This document shows positions 41,598 to 56,302 of a stretch of DNA of 64,000 bases, in pieces. The position numbers were made by a program, and so were the translations under genes. The notes under the pieces are model-generated. The model saw only the letters and a program-made list of their open reading frames with translations, had not been told where the DNA came from and did not search any database. Position 1 is the stretch's first letter. Every line of letters starts with the position of its first letter. The stretch spans positions 33,418,001 to 33,482,000 of the forward strand of contig OZ024757.1 of assembly GCA_964016885.1 (NCBI GenBank), in the 5' to 3' direction. This DNA comes from Eledone cirrhosa (taxonomy: Eukaryota).

Positions 41598-41929
41598 CAT
41601 GACATCTGAGAAGCATAGACGAAATTTCTCGAAGTATTCTAACAATTGGTTTTAGTAAGTTACTGATCTAAGAGAAAGGAGCGAGGGTGGGGTTTATATT
41701 TTCCTCCACAAATAGGAAACGATACAAGAGGTCAGAATGACATTTTGGGATTATGGAAAACTGTTGTGTGTTGGTATCTCATAACATATACGATCATCAA
41801 AAAACACCCTGTGTTGTGTGGGCAACTCACAACATAGATGGTCAACAGGAAGACACCCTGAATTGTATGGGAGTCTCACCATATAGATGGTCAAAAGAAG
41901 GTCACCTTGTGTTGTGTGGGTTAGAGGAG

Positions 41930-42240
41930 GGCATAGCGAATTAGCAGAATCATTAGAACGTCGGATAGAATGCTTTATGGTATTTGTTCCGGCTCTCTTC
42001 ACTCTGAGTTCAAAACCCGCCGAGGTCAACATTGCCTTTCATCCTTTCGAGGTCGCTAAAAAAGTACCAGTCTAGTACTGGGTCGATTATTCATGTCTCT
42101 GGAAGAAATCTGCTGTACTCAGGCCTGGAGAGGGATGGGCTCCACCAGGCTTAAAAAAAAGGCCCAAGAAACGCCGTATATAATACAGCGCCCTACGACG
42201 CTATCAGGAGTTACGGAACCATACCACACCATCTCACCAT
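41930..42240 (+). mobile_element. tRNA-derived SINE with extended 3' module (relatives at 23835-24150, 51810-52120; - strand 22200-22550, 62330-62600)
   Basis: gagttcaaa.cccgccgaggtcaac and ctggaagaaatctgctgta.tcag blocks. Confidence 0.75.
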
Positions 42241-43019
42241 ATAGATGCTGAAAAGAAGGTCACCTTGTGTTGTGGGGGTAACAGGAGGACACCCTGTATT
42301 GTGTGAGTAGCCCAAAGCATAGAATCTCACCAGAATGACACCCTGCTATGTGAGTCTCTAAAGTCTAAAAGTCTAAAGTCTGTCTCGAGACCAGAGGCTC
42401 ATCAGGCTTATCCCGGTTTCCATGGCGTTAAGCGACTGAGTGTATACAATTCCCTCTTGGACAGTACACCAGTCCTTAGCAGGGTTAGACCCTCAGTTAA
42501 TGCTGGTACTCGTTTTCAGATCAGTATACTGAAGCAATGTGAAATGAAGTGTGTTGCTCAAGAACACAACACACAACCCAGTCCAGGAATCGAACTCATG
42601 ACGTTATGATTGAAAATCCAACACACTTATCACTAAATCATGTGCTTCCACTTGTGATGTGTGGGTAGCCAACTTATTTCGAACAGTGGGCTACACATAA
42701 GATATAATCACCACAAGTTGGACTTTACTACTAGAAAAAAAAAAAAGAAATTGAGATAATGTTTCGTTAGGCGTTTCATTCAGAAAGCCAAGCGGGTTGT
42801 AATTTGACCATGCCTGCTATAGAAGGCCAACAGTACACCCTGTGTTGGGTGGGTAGCATAAAGAAATTAACAGAAAATCTCGTTTGTTTCTTCTTTGTTT
42901 TTGTTTTTTTTTGTTTATGTTTTAATGGGAATTCTTCCTGGGTTTTAGACGTCTCTTTGAATTACTGGTACAACTCATTATACTTGTATTCGTTATAACG
43001 GAATTTTACCTGTAGTATT

Positions 43020-43312
43020 ATATTTATATAATACTACAGTCATTTGATATTCCACTACATATTATATAATACATATTATATCTCATGATATTCCACTATA
43101 TATTGTATAATACATATTATATACCATGATATTCCACTACATATTATATAATACATATTATATTTTATGATATTCCATTACATATATAATACCTATTATA
43201 TATCACGATATTGCATTACATATATAATACATATATATATCATGATATTCTACTACATATTATATAATACATATTATACATCATGATATACCACTACATA
43301 TTATATATCATT
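43020..43312. repeat. ~38-40-bp AT-rich minisatellite (atgatattccactacatattatataatacatattatatc)
   Basis: About seven tandem copies. Confidence 0.85.
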
Positions 43313-43710
43313 TAATACAACAATACACCTCAGCTGTTAACGATTCTAAGGTGATAAGTTCGAAGCCCGGTGGTGCATTTTGTCCTTGAGCAAGACACTT
43401 TATTTTCCGCTGCTCCAGTTCACTCGCCTGGAAAAAAAAATGAGTTGTATCAATGATTCAAAGAGCCAGCCTTGTCACATACTTTGTCACGTCGAATCTC
43501 CTTTAGAATTACGTTAAGGGTACACTACACGTGTCTGTGGAATTCTCAGCCGTTTATATATTAGCCAATGAAAGAACAAGAGAAATATTTAGAGCTCTTT
43601 GTTACAGTTGAAATGCAATTCCTACCATTTTATCACATTATTATCCAAAGTATGCTACATGAGAATTTAGAACTTTTTGTCAAAGACTCGCCCAGTCTCA
43701 CACACACATG

Positions 43711-43797
<87 letters not shown>

Positions 43798-44386
43798 ACA
43801 CATACGCACACACACGCACTTACACACACGCACACACATGCACTTACACATACGCCCACACATGCACTTACACACATACACTTACACATAAACATACAGA
43901 CACAGACAAGACACAAAACCTAAACATGATCATCATCATCCAACTTCATACATATACACAAACATACACGTACACTCACACATGCACTTACATACACACA
44001 CGCACGCACATACACACACACACACACAAAACCTAAACATCATCATCATCATCATCAACCATTATACACACGCGCACACAAACACATACACTTACACATG
44101 CACTTACATACGCATACAAGCACACGCACACATACATAACCTAAACAGAATCATCATCATCATCCACCTTCATACACATACACTCGCATATGCACTTACA
44201 CACACACAACTTAGACATCATCATCATCATCCATCTTCATACATATACACACACAAACATTCATGCATACATACATAGATACATACATAGGAATGTATAG
44301 AAATACATATAAACTCAGAGTTTATTGGCTTCTTCTTCTTCTTCTTCTTCTTCTTCTTCTCTATTGGCAACCTCGCCCATCATATA

Positions 44387-44518
<132 letters not shown>

Positions 44519-44529
44519 AATATATATGT

Positions 44530-44568
<39 letters not shown>

Positions 44569-44670
44569 AATATATATGTATATATATATGTATATATATA
44601 AATATATATATATATATATAATTCTAAATATATATATATATATATGTATATATATATGTATACATTTATA

Positions 44671-44788
<118 letters not shown>

Positions 44789-44997
44789 CACTACTATTCG
44801 GTTACACGCTTGAACGACATCCAGCATGGCTATCAATGAAGTTTTTACCACCGGCCCTCACCACACAACCACATAACCACACACAACATAGGTAGGCAGA
44901 AAACACAAGGTACCCACCACCACCATACGGTTCCTCTAAAATATTACCCTTATTATAGCAAATACCACCACCATCAACACCACCACCATGCACTCAC

Positions 44998-45054
44998 CGT
45001 CTGTGTTCCCACGGGATTTCAATTTTCTGGTCTTATAAAACACCCAACCCCGTT
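44998..45054 (-). CDS. Candidate 57-nt exon (RGWVFYKTRKLKSRGNTD), antisense inside the inferred NOX4 intron 1
   Basis: Perfect donor ACG|GTGAGT; acceptor ambiguous (taccag chosen because it is open and ends in phase 1). Confidence 0.2.
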
Positions 45055-45218
45055 CTGGTACCGTAATTTAAAACCAGCCCAACCTATCGGGTTTCTGTCG
45101 AGGGCAGGGGGAGATTCTGTGTAATATATATATATATAATGTATACATACATATGTATATAAGTGTATAGGTATAATATATATATAATATATTATATATA
45201 TATATATATATAATATAT

Positions 45219-45275
<57 letters not shown>

Positions 45276-45395
45276 TATATATATATTATATATATATATA
45301 TATATACATATATATATTTTATATATATTATATATATATATTATATATATATATATTATATATATATATATTTATATATATATTATATATATATA

Positions 45396-45441
<46 letters not shown>

Positions 45442-45477
45442 GTATATATATATATAATATAAATATATGTTAAATGC

Positions 45478-45551
<74 letters not shown>

Positions 45552-45723
45552 CTGAATGTATGTGTATGAAGGTGGAACTGATGTGGCCAATAGTCATTCG
45601 AAATGTTCTGATGTAATTAATGCAAATGAGCCTTACTCCATCCTGTTATTCTTTCTTTTACACTGAAACGACCAGAAACAATTAAACATGCACACGCCCG
45701 TATGCACACACACACGCACACGC

Positions 45724-45768
<45 letters not shown>

Positions 45769-45929
45769 AATGACTGTAGCTCGAGTAGAATCTTCAACGG
45801 AACCTTATGCAATGAGAGCCTACTACAAAAACTACACCAGTCACCGCCTTATCTCGTTGAAGCCATCTCTTCAAGGCTGAGTTGAGTTCTAACAACGCTG
45901 ACGGCCCCAACAGAAGCAGGTGGATACCA

Positions 45930-45989
<60 letters not shown>

Positions 45990-46108
45990 TTTCCTGATGA
46001 TTTGCTCCGAATGAAACAGTTCTAGTCCTGTAGAAGCCATTTCTATATTAAATATTTATACTCTGCTATGTATTGAGTACCTTACTTACTGTGGTTACGA
46101 TTGAACCC

Positions 46109-46154
<46 letters not shown>

Positions 46155-46164
46155 GTATATATAG

Positions 46165-46424
46165 AGTAATAATTGTTTCTACTTTAGGCACAAGGCCAGC
46201 AATTACCCAGTACATTACTGATACTTTATTTTATATAGAGTAATAATTGTTTCTACTTTAGGCACAAGGCCAGCAATTACCCAGTGCATTACTGGTACTT
46301 TATTTTATCGACCCCGTAAGGATGAAAGGCAAAGTCAACCTCGGCGGGATTTGAACTCAGATCGTAAAGGGACGTAACTATGCTGGAAAGCATGGCGTCC
46401 GACCCTCTACCGATACTGCCAATT
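46165..46424 (-). mobile_element. tRNA-derived SINE with duplicated tail (near-identical copy at 49255-49435)
   Basis: Direct match to 21317-21510. Confidence 0.88.
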
Positions 46425-46715
46425 AATGATAAATGTGAAGACTAAAATCCGAAGAGGGTTCAATAAGGATAACATATATATATAAAATATAAAACCGTAG
46501 AGCAAATATTTAATAAAATAACAGAAGATCCCGTTAAGGGTGAAAGCAACGATTCTTTGCTTAAACTTTAATCTGTTATTTTAATAAATAATTAATATAT
46601 AAATATATATACTCACCAAGATGGCCGACTGAATGCGCACATTTTTTTTTCTCATTTTTTTTTGTTCCTTCCTCTCACCACTCTTTACTTTCTATTTATC
46701 TTTTATTTCTAACTC

Positions 46716-46755
46716 AGTCTTCTGATGAAAGACTAGTGTTTGAAACGTTAAGACT
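46716..46755 (+). ncRNA. Minimal type-I hammerhead ribozyme with intact core
   Basis: AGTCTT-CTGATGA-A-AGAC-tagt-GTTT-GAAA-CG-TT-AAGACT: perfect 6-bp stem I, 4-bp stem II, palindromic AACGTT across stem III. Confidence 0.75.
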
Positions 46756-47284
46756 CTCTTCCTGCTATTTCAAGCGTTAAACTAATATATTTCTTCCATG
46801 TACTGTGCTGTTTGTTTTGTTATTAAATTTACACACACAAACACACTCACACACACACATACACACACTACCACCACCATCACCACCATTACCAGCACCA
46901 TCCAACATTATGTTCACCCATTTAACGAAATTTTCTGGGGAAATTCATTCAGCATGATAGCCCGTGTAACATAGCTGGTACAATTCATCCAACGAACTTC
47001 CTCTCAATATCCGTTAACCCAATTTCACTAACAAGTCTTGGGTTGACTCGAGGCTATGGTGAAGACACTTGGCCAAGATGTCAAATAGTGGGATCAAACT
47101 TCGTGACTGAGATTCGATCTTATTGACCATTCGACTGGAATAAGATTTTTAACCCCTCTTCCCCAGTTAAAATCAAAAAAAAAATTTTTTTTTTAAAAAG
47201 TCTTGCTATACGTGGAAGAACCCGAACTATTGTGATGGCAGGGGTGAAGCAAATATCCACAAAACCATTTTATTCGGCGTTCTA

Positions 47285-47690
47285 ATGTTCAAAGCAGAAG
47301 AAGGGAGGTAGGTGTAAAAACCAAGCTCGATATCTTCAATTCGATATTCGTGCCAACCCTTACCTATGGTCATGAATCTTGGGCAATAACCAAAAGAATA
47401 CGATGGCAAATACAAGCGGTCGGAATGGGGGTTCCTTCGAAGGGTCTTTGAAATAACGTTACTCGATAGAGTGCGTAACTCGAAGATCAGAGAGTCACTC
47501 CAGGTAGAACCGCTATTTCTCCGAATTGAGAAATCACAGCTCCGATACTAAGGACATGTGGTTAGAAGGTCTCAGGAAAGAATCAGGGGACATATTTTAG
47601 GGGCAAAACCAACAGGCAGGAGATCCAGGAGCAGACCCCGAGCAAGATAGTTGGAAAGCATCAATGAGCTCGGCTAGTCTCATATTTTAG
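47285..47690 (+). mobile_element. RTE-clade LINE fragment (same family as 17762 and 24340)
   Basis: FVPTLTYGHESWAIT..IQAV.MG...TLLDRVRN..IRE...IEKSQLR. Confidence 0.8.
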
Positions 47691-47746
47691 ACCCGGTGAG
47701 CCTATCCCCTTTCCAGGTCTTAACAAATTTATTTCTTCCATAAAAA

Positions 47747-47799
<53 letters not shown>

Positions 47800-48373
47800 T
47801 GGAAAAATTGACTTCAATACTGAACTTGTAATTTTTTTATCTACCCCGAAAAAATAAAAGGCAAAGTTGACTTCAACAAGTTTTGAACTTAGATCGCAGA
47901 GAGTTGCACCGAATATTGTAAATCATTTTATCCAACGTTCTAACGATTCTGTCAATTCACTGCCCACGATTATGATGTTGACTGTGAAGCATTTCGTTCG
48001 AAGCTCTAACGATTCATGCCAAACCACCACCCTCCTTCCCTCCACCCCTCTCGCCCCTCTCCCTGATTGACTAATACCCCCGAAGGAGGTTTACAAGTGG
48101 GAGGAGATTGGTATTTCCTACGCTGAATTAACCAAGCAATCCTTTACGTTTTCATCAAATTTGTTCATTGACAAACAAACAAACACAATTCTGTTTCCAA
48201 TAACAAGAGAGAGGAAGTTGGTCTGATGTAAAAGACATGGTAACATCTGTCCTAATATTTCGGTAACAATGGCCCCTTTTCATTGCAATATTACGCTTCA
48301 GTTCAACACTTAGCAAAGTCAGCCAGGATTTTAACCAAATGAATCTTATTTATTGACTAGTTTGTTTTTATTT

Positions 48374-48452
<79 letters not shown>

Positions 48453-48517
48453 TTTTTTATATATATATATATAAATATGTATATGTATATATATGTACAC
48501 ACACACACACAATATGT

Positions 48518-48611
<94 letters not shown>

Positions 48612-48878
48612 ATGTATGTATATATATTATACACTTGTTTCATTATTATTATTAGTATTGAAACTTCATATTTCTATTCAAATATTATTTTCATAGTTGG
48701 GGAATAAATTCATCCTTTGTTAGGTGGTGGTATGTGGGGGTCATTGCCGTGAGGAGGTTAGGGTGGGGTTTAAAAGAAATCACAAAGACCACGTGATTAA
48801 ACATCCGGTTGCGTAGAAAATATGCATAACATACTTCTGGCCTTCGAAACTTTTTCTTACTTAAGAATTCTTCTTAGA

Positions 48879-48980
<102 letters not shown>

Positions 48981-49016
48981 TACATATACATATGTATATA
49001 TATATTACATGTGTCA

Positions 49017-49058
<42 letters not shown>

Positions 49059-49115
49059 AATATATATATATATTACATGTCATATAAATTACATGCGTCA
49101 CATATATGTATGTAT

Positions 49116-49158
<43 letters not shown>

Positions 49159-49504
49159 AATATTTATATATATATATATATATTACATATACATCTTAAA
49201 TATATACATACATATATATATATACATAAATATATATATACACACACACATATATAATTGTTTCTACTTTAGGCACAAGGCCAGCAATTACCCGGTGTAT
49301 TACTGGTACTTCATTTTATCGACCCCGTAAGGATGAAAGGCAAAGTTAACCTCGGCGGGATTTGAACTCAGATCGTAAAGGGACGTAACTATGCTGGAAA
49401 GCATGGCGTCCGACCCTCTACCGACACTGCCAATTATAATGTTACATATTGAAGCACGTACAATCATTTGCTGAAAAATAGCATCTCTAGCAATTAAACG
49501 AGAG

Positions 49505-51163
49505 CCGGATCAAACACCTCCATCACCGGATCAAACACCTCCATCACCGGATCAAACACCTCCATCACCGGATCAAACACCTCCATCACCGGATCAAACA
49601 CCTCCATCACCGGATCAAACACCTCCATCACCAGATCAAACACCTCCATCACCGGATCAAACACCTCCATCACCGGATCAAACACCTCCATCACCGGATC
49701 AAACACCTCCATCACCGGATCAAACACCTCCATCACCGGATCAAACACCTCCATCACCGGATCAAACACCTCCATCACCGGATCAAACACCTCCATCACC
49801 GGATCAAACACCTCCATCACCGGATCAAACACCTACATCACCGGATCAAACACCTCCATCACCGGATCAAACACCTCCATCACCGGATCAAACACCTCCA
49901 TCACCGGATCAAACACCTCCATCACCGGATCAAACACCTCCATCACCGGATCAAACACCTCCATCACCGGATCAAACACCTCCATCACCGGATCAAACAC
50001 CTCCATCACCGGATCAAACACCTCCATCACCGGATCAAACACCTCCATCACCGGATCAAACACCTCCATCACCGGATCAAACACCTACATCACCGGATCA
50101 AACACCTCCATCACCGGATCAAACACCTCCATCACCGGATCAAACACCTCCATCACCGGATCAAACACCTCCATCACCGGATCAAACACCTCCATCACCA
50201 GATCAAACATCTACATCACCGGATCAAACACCTCCATCACCGGATCAAACACCTCCATCACCGGATCAAACACCTACATCACCGGATCAAACACCTCCAT
50301 CACCGGATCAAACACCTCCATCACCGGATCAAACACCTCCATCACCGGATCAAACACCTCCATCACCGGATCAAACACCTTCATCACCGGATCAAACACC
50401 TCCATCACCGGATCAAACACCTCCATCACCGGATCAAACACCTCCATCACCGGATCAAACACCTACATCACCGGATCAAACACCTCCATCACCGGATCAA
50501 ACACCTCCATCACCAGATCAAACATCTACATCACCGGATCAAACACCTCCATCACCGGATCAAACACCTACATCACCGGATCAAACACCTCCATCACCGG
50601 ATCAAACATCTCCATCACCGGATCAAACACCTACATCACCGGATCAAACACCTCCATCACCGGATCAAACATCTCCATCACCGGATCAAACACCTCCATC
50701 ACCGGATCAAACACCTCCATCACCGGATCAAACACCTCCATCACCGGATCAAACACCTCCATCACCGGATCAAACACCTCCATCACCGGATCAAACACCT
50801 CCATCACCGGATCAAACACCTACATCACCGGATCAAACACCTCCATCACCGGATCAAACATCTCCATCACCGGATCAAACACCTCCATCACCGGATCAAA
50901 CACCTCCATCACCGGATCAAACACCTCCATCACCGGATCAAACACCTACATCACTGGATCAAACACCTCCATCACCAGATCAAACACCTACATCACCGGA
51001 TCAAACACCTCCATCACCGGATCAAACACCTCCATCACCGGATCAAACACCTCCATCACCGGATCAAACACCTACATCACCGGATCAAACACCTCCATCA
51101 CCGGATCAAACACCTCCATCACCGGATCAAACACCTCCATCACCGGATCAAACACCTACATCA
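49505..51163. repeat. 21-bp minisatellite (ccggatcaaacacctccatca) x ~79
   Basis: Highly homogeneous array with recurrent single-base variants. Confidence 0.98.
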
Positions 51164-52885
51164 ATATTTATAGGATTACGAAGCAAATAGCAGCTAATTA
51201 CAATCAAGTATCATAATAATTAATTCTGTCTCTAACTCTAAATGTTGACTAATAAACCCAGCCAAATCTGAAATAGGTATAGTTAACATCATCATCATCA
51301 TCATCATCATCCAAGTGTCAGACCTGTCAACCTCCCCGTCCGACGGGGGAGATCTCCCACCCACTTACTTTGGGGTGGGTGAGAGATATCTTCTCTTGTG
51401 AAAATGGGTATTGCTTTCATTAGGTTAACTTTGCCTTTCACCCTTACGGGATCGATAAAATAAGTACCAGTAATGTACTGGAGTCGATTTAATCGACCCC
51501 CCCCCCCCTAAAAAAAAATTACTGGCCTTGTGCGTATACTAGAAATCATTACATATCTCCCCAATTTGCTTCATTTTTCCCCGTTTTCAGGCACTTTTTT
51601 TCATGGTACTCCCCGTGTGGGTTTTTAGATTTTGGCTGGTCTGGTGTGTGCTTATTGCTCAGATCGCCATGACTTGTTCTCTCCCAATCTGCACTCAACG
51701 TGGTTGGTGGTGTTATGTAACATAAGTACCCGAATGTTGAATAATCGAGTGTGGTACAAGGTTCCAAAAAGAATTAATAAAGTATTAGGAAAATTTAGTA
51801 CAGAGTATTAGGCGGCGAATTAGCACATTTGTTAGAACGTCGTATAGAATGCTTTACGGTATTCGTCTCACCCCATTGCGTGCTTGAATACAAATCCCGT
51901 CGAGGTCAACTTTGCCTTTCATCCTTTCAGGTCGATAGAAAAAAAAGTACCTGTTTAGTACTGGAGTCGATTCTTCCTCTTTTTGGAAGAAATCTGCTTT
52001 ACTCGGACCTGGAGAGGGATGGGTCCTGAAGGCTTAAAGTGGCCAAGAAACGACGTATGTCAATACGGTGCCCCTACGACTCTATCAGGAGTTACGGGAC
52101 CATACCATACCATCTCACCATGGTCACCCTGTATTGTGTGAGTAGCCCAAAGCATATAAACTCACCAGAAGGACACCCTGTAATGTGTGTCTCTATCAGA
52201 AGTTACGGGACCATACACATGCACACTAGGAAAAACTAGGCAAGAAATAAATATGCCTTCAAATCTCATCTCTTCTTGCCTAGATTTTCCTAATTTTTGA
52301 ATTTATATTCTAAAGACTTAGTCTTGCGGGCTTTTTTAAAAAAAAACTATCATATAATGGACATCACATCACCCGGCCTGTTTTCTCCTATTCTCCCTTC
52401 TTACTTTTTCTACGCCTCAGTGTCCTTCTTTGTCTGCACGTTGGTCTACAGTCCTTATTCTTTTCTGATTTACTATTTCTCCTCTTGTTATATTTTTCTC
52501 CTTTGGCTAAGCCCTTGCACACTCTATATTTGTGTAATTTGCTTAAAGGCATAACTTGTCTATAACTACTTTGCTATGTCCCAATATACACTGGAATGAA
52601 TGGTATCGACCTTAATGCACTGAAACCGTAGTGATTTCCAGAGGTTGACTGAAGAGATGGGACTGTCCGTCTTTCCGTTTTTTTCCCATTGTCTTTGTCC
52701 TGTGTACCCCCTGTTTTGAATATATATATACACACACACACATATAGATGTATATATGGAAATACGCATACACATATACATACGCGCACAGACATACAAC
52801 CCCCCCCCCCCATATATATATATTCATATATATATTCATACACACATATACATGTACAGGGTGTATAAAATAGAATCATCCGATT

Positions 52886-52923
<38 letters not shown>

Positions 52924-52948
52924 ATATATATACATTTATACACACACT

Positions 52949-52982
<34 letters not shown>

Positions 52983-53905
52983 CATTTATATATACACACA
53001 CATACTTCATAGATGACCTTTCTTCCCCATTCCCCTGTCCCTTTCCCTTATATCCCAGAACATTTCCCAACAATGAAGCCCCTACGTGACCCCGCTCGTC
53101 CTGCTACTTAATAAATCTCACAGGAAATCAGATTTTGTTTTTGGTAGGGATTGTTTTTAGTTTTTATCATGTCATCGTTTGAATCTCCCACTCCCCGGGA
53201 TGGGGTGGGCGGAAATCCTCCTTTCCCCCGCCCCTTATCCACCAATTGACAGATCTCTCAAAACCCTTATGAAAAATAATTCTTTATGACATTGGCGGCA
53301 CAAGGCCAGCAATCTGGGGGAAAGAAGGAAGTCGATTAAATCGACCTCTCCCAGTACTTAAGTGTGTGTGTGCGTATATGTGTCCCCTACCCGTCGTGTT
53401 TCTGCTTACGTTTGTATCTGTGGCTTAGTGGTTCGACAGAAAAAGATTGATAAATTAAATACTGGCGTATATGATCGACTAAATGAAAGTGGACCCCAGC
53501 ATGGCCGCAGTCTAATGACAGAAACGAGCCAGAGGGAGAGAGAGAAAGAGAAAGAGAAAGAGAAAGAGAAAGAGAAAGAGAGAGAAATATAGATATATAG
53601 ATAGAGAGAGAGCGAGAGAGAGGGTACCCTAGTATAGCCGCCGCATGCCTACCTTGGTAAAGAATTTGTAAAATTAAGAATTCCCTATTTTTATCAGCAT
53701 AAATGTCCTCCCCAAACTTTCTAGATTCTTGGTCCCTCATTTGTTGTAATTCTACCCTTATGCTAAAATTAATTCCTCGCCCAACCCTCTGTTTTAAATG
53801 ATTGGATATTTATTTTCCCAGGCCAAATTTGCTTTCAACTTTTCGAGGTCAATGAAAGTACCAGTTCAGTACAGATCCGATTCTTTCTCTATATCATTTT
53901 CTCTC

Positions 53906-53981
<76 letters not shown>

Positions 53982-54062
53982 ATATATATATATAATACAT
54001 TATAAAGAAAGAAGAAATATTAGACATAATTAATAAGATAAACCATACCTAAATTTCCTCAC

Positions 54063-54120
54063 TATCCTCGACTACGTAGTTTCGTGGCTTATTATGCAAG
54101 AACACTACATCACAGAGATG
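54063..54120 (-). ncRNA. Degenerate hammerhead-like motif with palindromic stem III and GUC triplet
   Basis: Minus: atctct-GTGATGT-A-GTG..CAC-GAAA-CTACGTAG-TC-gaggat. Confidence 0.4.
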
Positions 54121-54405
54121 CAGTATTTTTGTGAGGTTAGCCGACTTATCAAGAGGATACCTCATTTAGAGTTTCAAAACACGTCCGTAGGACGCGAGAT
54201 AGAATCCCGAAAGGCGGAGGGGAGTCCATCAGGTGATACAGCGGTCAAGAAACAGAGCTAAGCCTCTTACAACCAAGAGAAAAATACCACAAAAGGCGGA
54301 GGGGGTATTTATGTCAAGGCCGTAGAAGAGATGGCTAGAAGGGCGAGAAGTTTGAGTAATGTAAGCTATACAGCGGTCACTACACTTTAGTGGTTACTCT
54401 ACTCT

Positions 54406-54675
54406 CTATATATAAATAAATTGTAGAAAGGAAAAAGATTTTTTCAGTAGAAAATGTTGAAGAGATTTTTTCAGGGAAATATCAAAACTTTAATTTATTT
54501 ACAAAAATATACAGAAAACTAAGTGCTCGAAATTAACGCAACGCATGCGTTAATTTCGAGCACCTAGTTTTCTGTATATAAATTAATGTTTTGATATTTC
54601 CTCGAAAAGAAATCTCTTCAACATTTTCTACTGAAAAAATGTTTTTCCTTTCTACTATTTGTTTATATATATATA
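54406..54675. repeat. ~130-bp-arm imperfect palindrome centred at ~54543
   Basis: gtgctcgaaattaacgca-acgca-tgcgttaatttcgagcac. Confidence 0.9.
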
Positions 54676-54699
54676 AACTCGTGTGTTACTTTTCTACAT

Positions 54700-54749
<50 letters not shown>

Positions 54750-54883
54750 AACGAGTAGGACCTAGACGGCTGAGCTCAAGTCGTTTCGACGGCTAATTCT
54801 GGACTATTACCCACTCTACTACCCTAAGTATTGAGTACTTTGGTGCGTTATGGTCCATCTGGTTCCTTACCACATTTCCTTCG

Positions 54884-54926
<43 letters not shown>

Positions 54927-55579
54927 GGGACAGTAACATCCAGTTACTGTAGATTCACCAGAGTGAGCACTCGATGCGTAGTTTCCAGTAAGTATATTGG
55001 TGTTGTACTAAGCAGAGTGTAATACTACTAATAAAAAGGACGAAGTTTTAGGTCTTCATTATAATGAAGACTTAACACTTCGTCCTTTTTATTTTACACA
55101 CACACACACACACGCACACACACACACACACACACACACGCATATATATATATATATATTGTTGTGTGTGTGTGTGTGTGTGTGTGTATCCCTCCCTCTT
55201 CTCTTTCTCTGGAAGAAATCAGCTGTGTTCAGACCTGGTTCAAAATGCTTAAAACACGTCGTATGTCACGACGACGACGCCCCTCCGATTCCACCAGGAG
55301 TTACAGGTTCATACGTACATACATATATATTCAAAGCCGTGTGTTTACTTATGGAAAGTAAATGTTTAAAGTTGAGATAAAACAACCTATTGTGTGTTGT
55401 AAATGTTAACAGATTATACAGCAGAGAGACCAGGCCTGACTACTTAACAGTGTTACTGCAATCAATGGTATTTATTTATTTAATCAAATTGAATGACCGT
55501 ATAGAGCTAGTAAGCCACGACAGACTAAGAGAGTTATTTAATACACCTTACAATTAAGAAACGAAAACAAGAGAGAGAA

Positions 55580-55610
<31 letters not shown>

Positions 55611-55724
55611 AAAGAAAAGAAAAGAAAACGAAGGGAAAAAAAGGAAGCAAAAATAAGAAAGAGTGAAAAACAAGGACATCTATAAAGCAGCTAAATGTTT
55701 ATGTTGTTGAAACCTTACGTAGCC

Positions 55725-56302
55725 TCCATGTACTGGAATATCTTGTTTATAGTTGGTAGGGCTTTGACAATATATTGTTTCGCCAATCTTGGTAGATTAA
55801 AAAGCAGTCCATCTACAATATGTCCTCTTCCTCAGACTAGTAATGTTTCTGCTGTTAAATCTTTGCCAAACCCCTGGAATATCTTGTTTATAGTTGGTAG
55901 ATCTTTGACAATATTTTGCAACTCCAATCTTGGTAGATTAAAATCAATCCCAGCTACAAGATGTCCTATCTCCCTCTCAGACAAGTAATGTTTTTATAGT
56001 TAAATCTTTTTATAACCTCCATGTATTGGAATATATTGTTTATCGTTGGTAGATTTTTGACAATAGATTGTACCTCTGATCTTGGTAAATTTTAAAAGTC
56101 CAAATTCAAGATGTCCTTCTTCTCAGACAAGTAATGTTTCTGTTATTGAATCTTTGCCAAACCCCTGGAATATCTTGTTTATAGTTGGTAGATCTTTAAC
56201 AATATATTGCACTCCTAATCTTGGTAGATTTTTAAAAACTAGGTACAATGTCTTCTCTCTCAGACTAGTAATGTTTGTGTTGTTGAATCTTTGCCTAACC
56301 CC
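55725..56302. repeat. ~140-bp tandem repeat (4 copies, resumes at 57101-57175)
   Basis: (c/t)tggaatat.ttgtttat.gttggtag at ~55733, 55874, 56026 and 56165. Confidence 0.88.

Noticed and set aside
45991-46030. Active hammerhead in the CTGATGAtttgctccgaatGAAA element
   Set aside because: Core present but no stem I complementarity; kept only as a related element
48248-48305. Further hammerhead-like motifs (here on -, and at 41601-41630 and 52590-52635)
   Set aside because: Core or stems too degenerate to distinguish from chance
49494-50819. (MEVFDPV)n repeat protein
   Set aside because: Recurrent variant creates in-frame TAG stops; no flanking exon signals; non-coding VNTR
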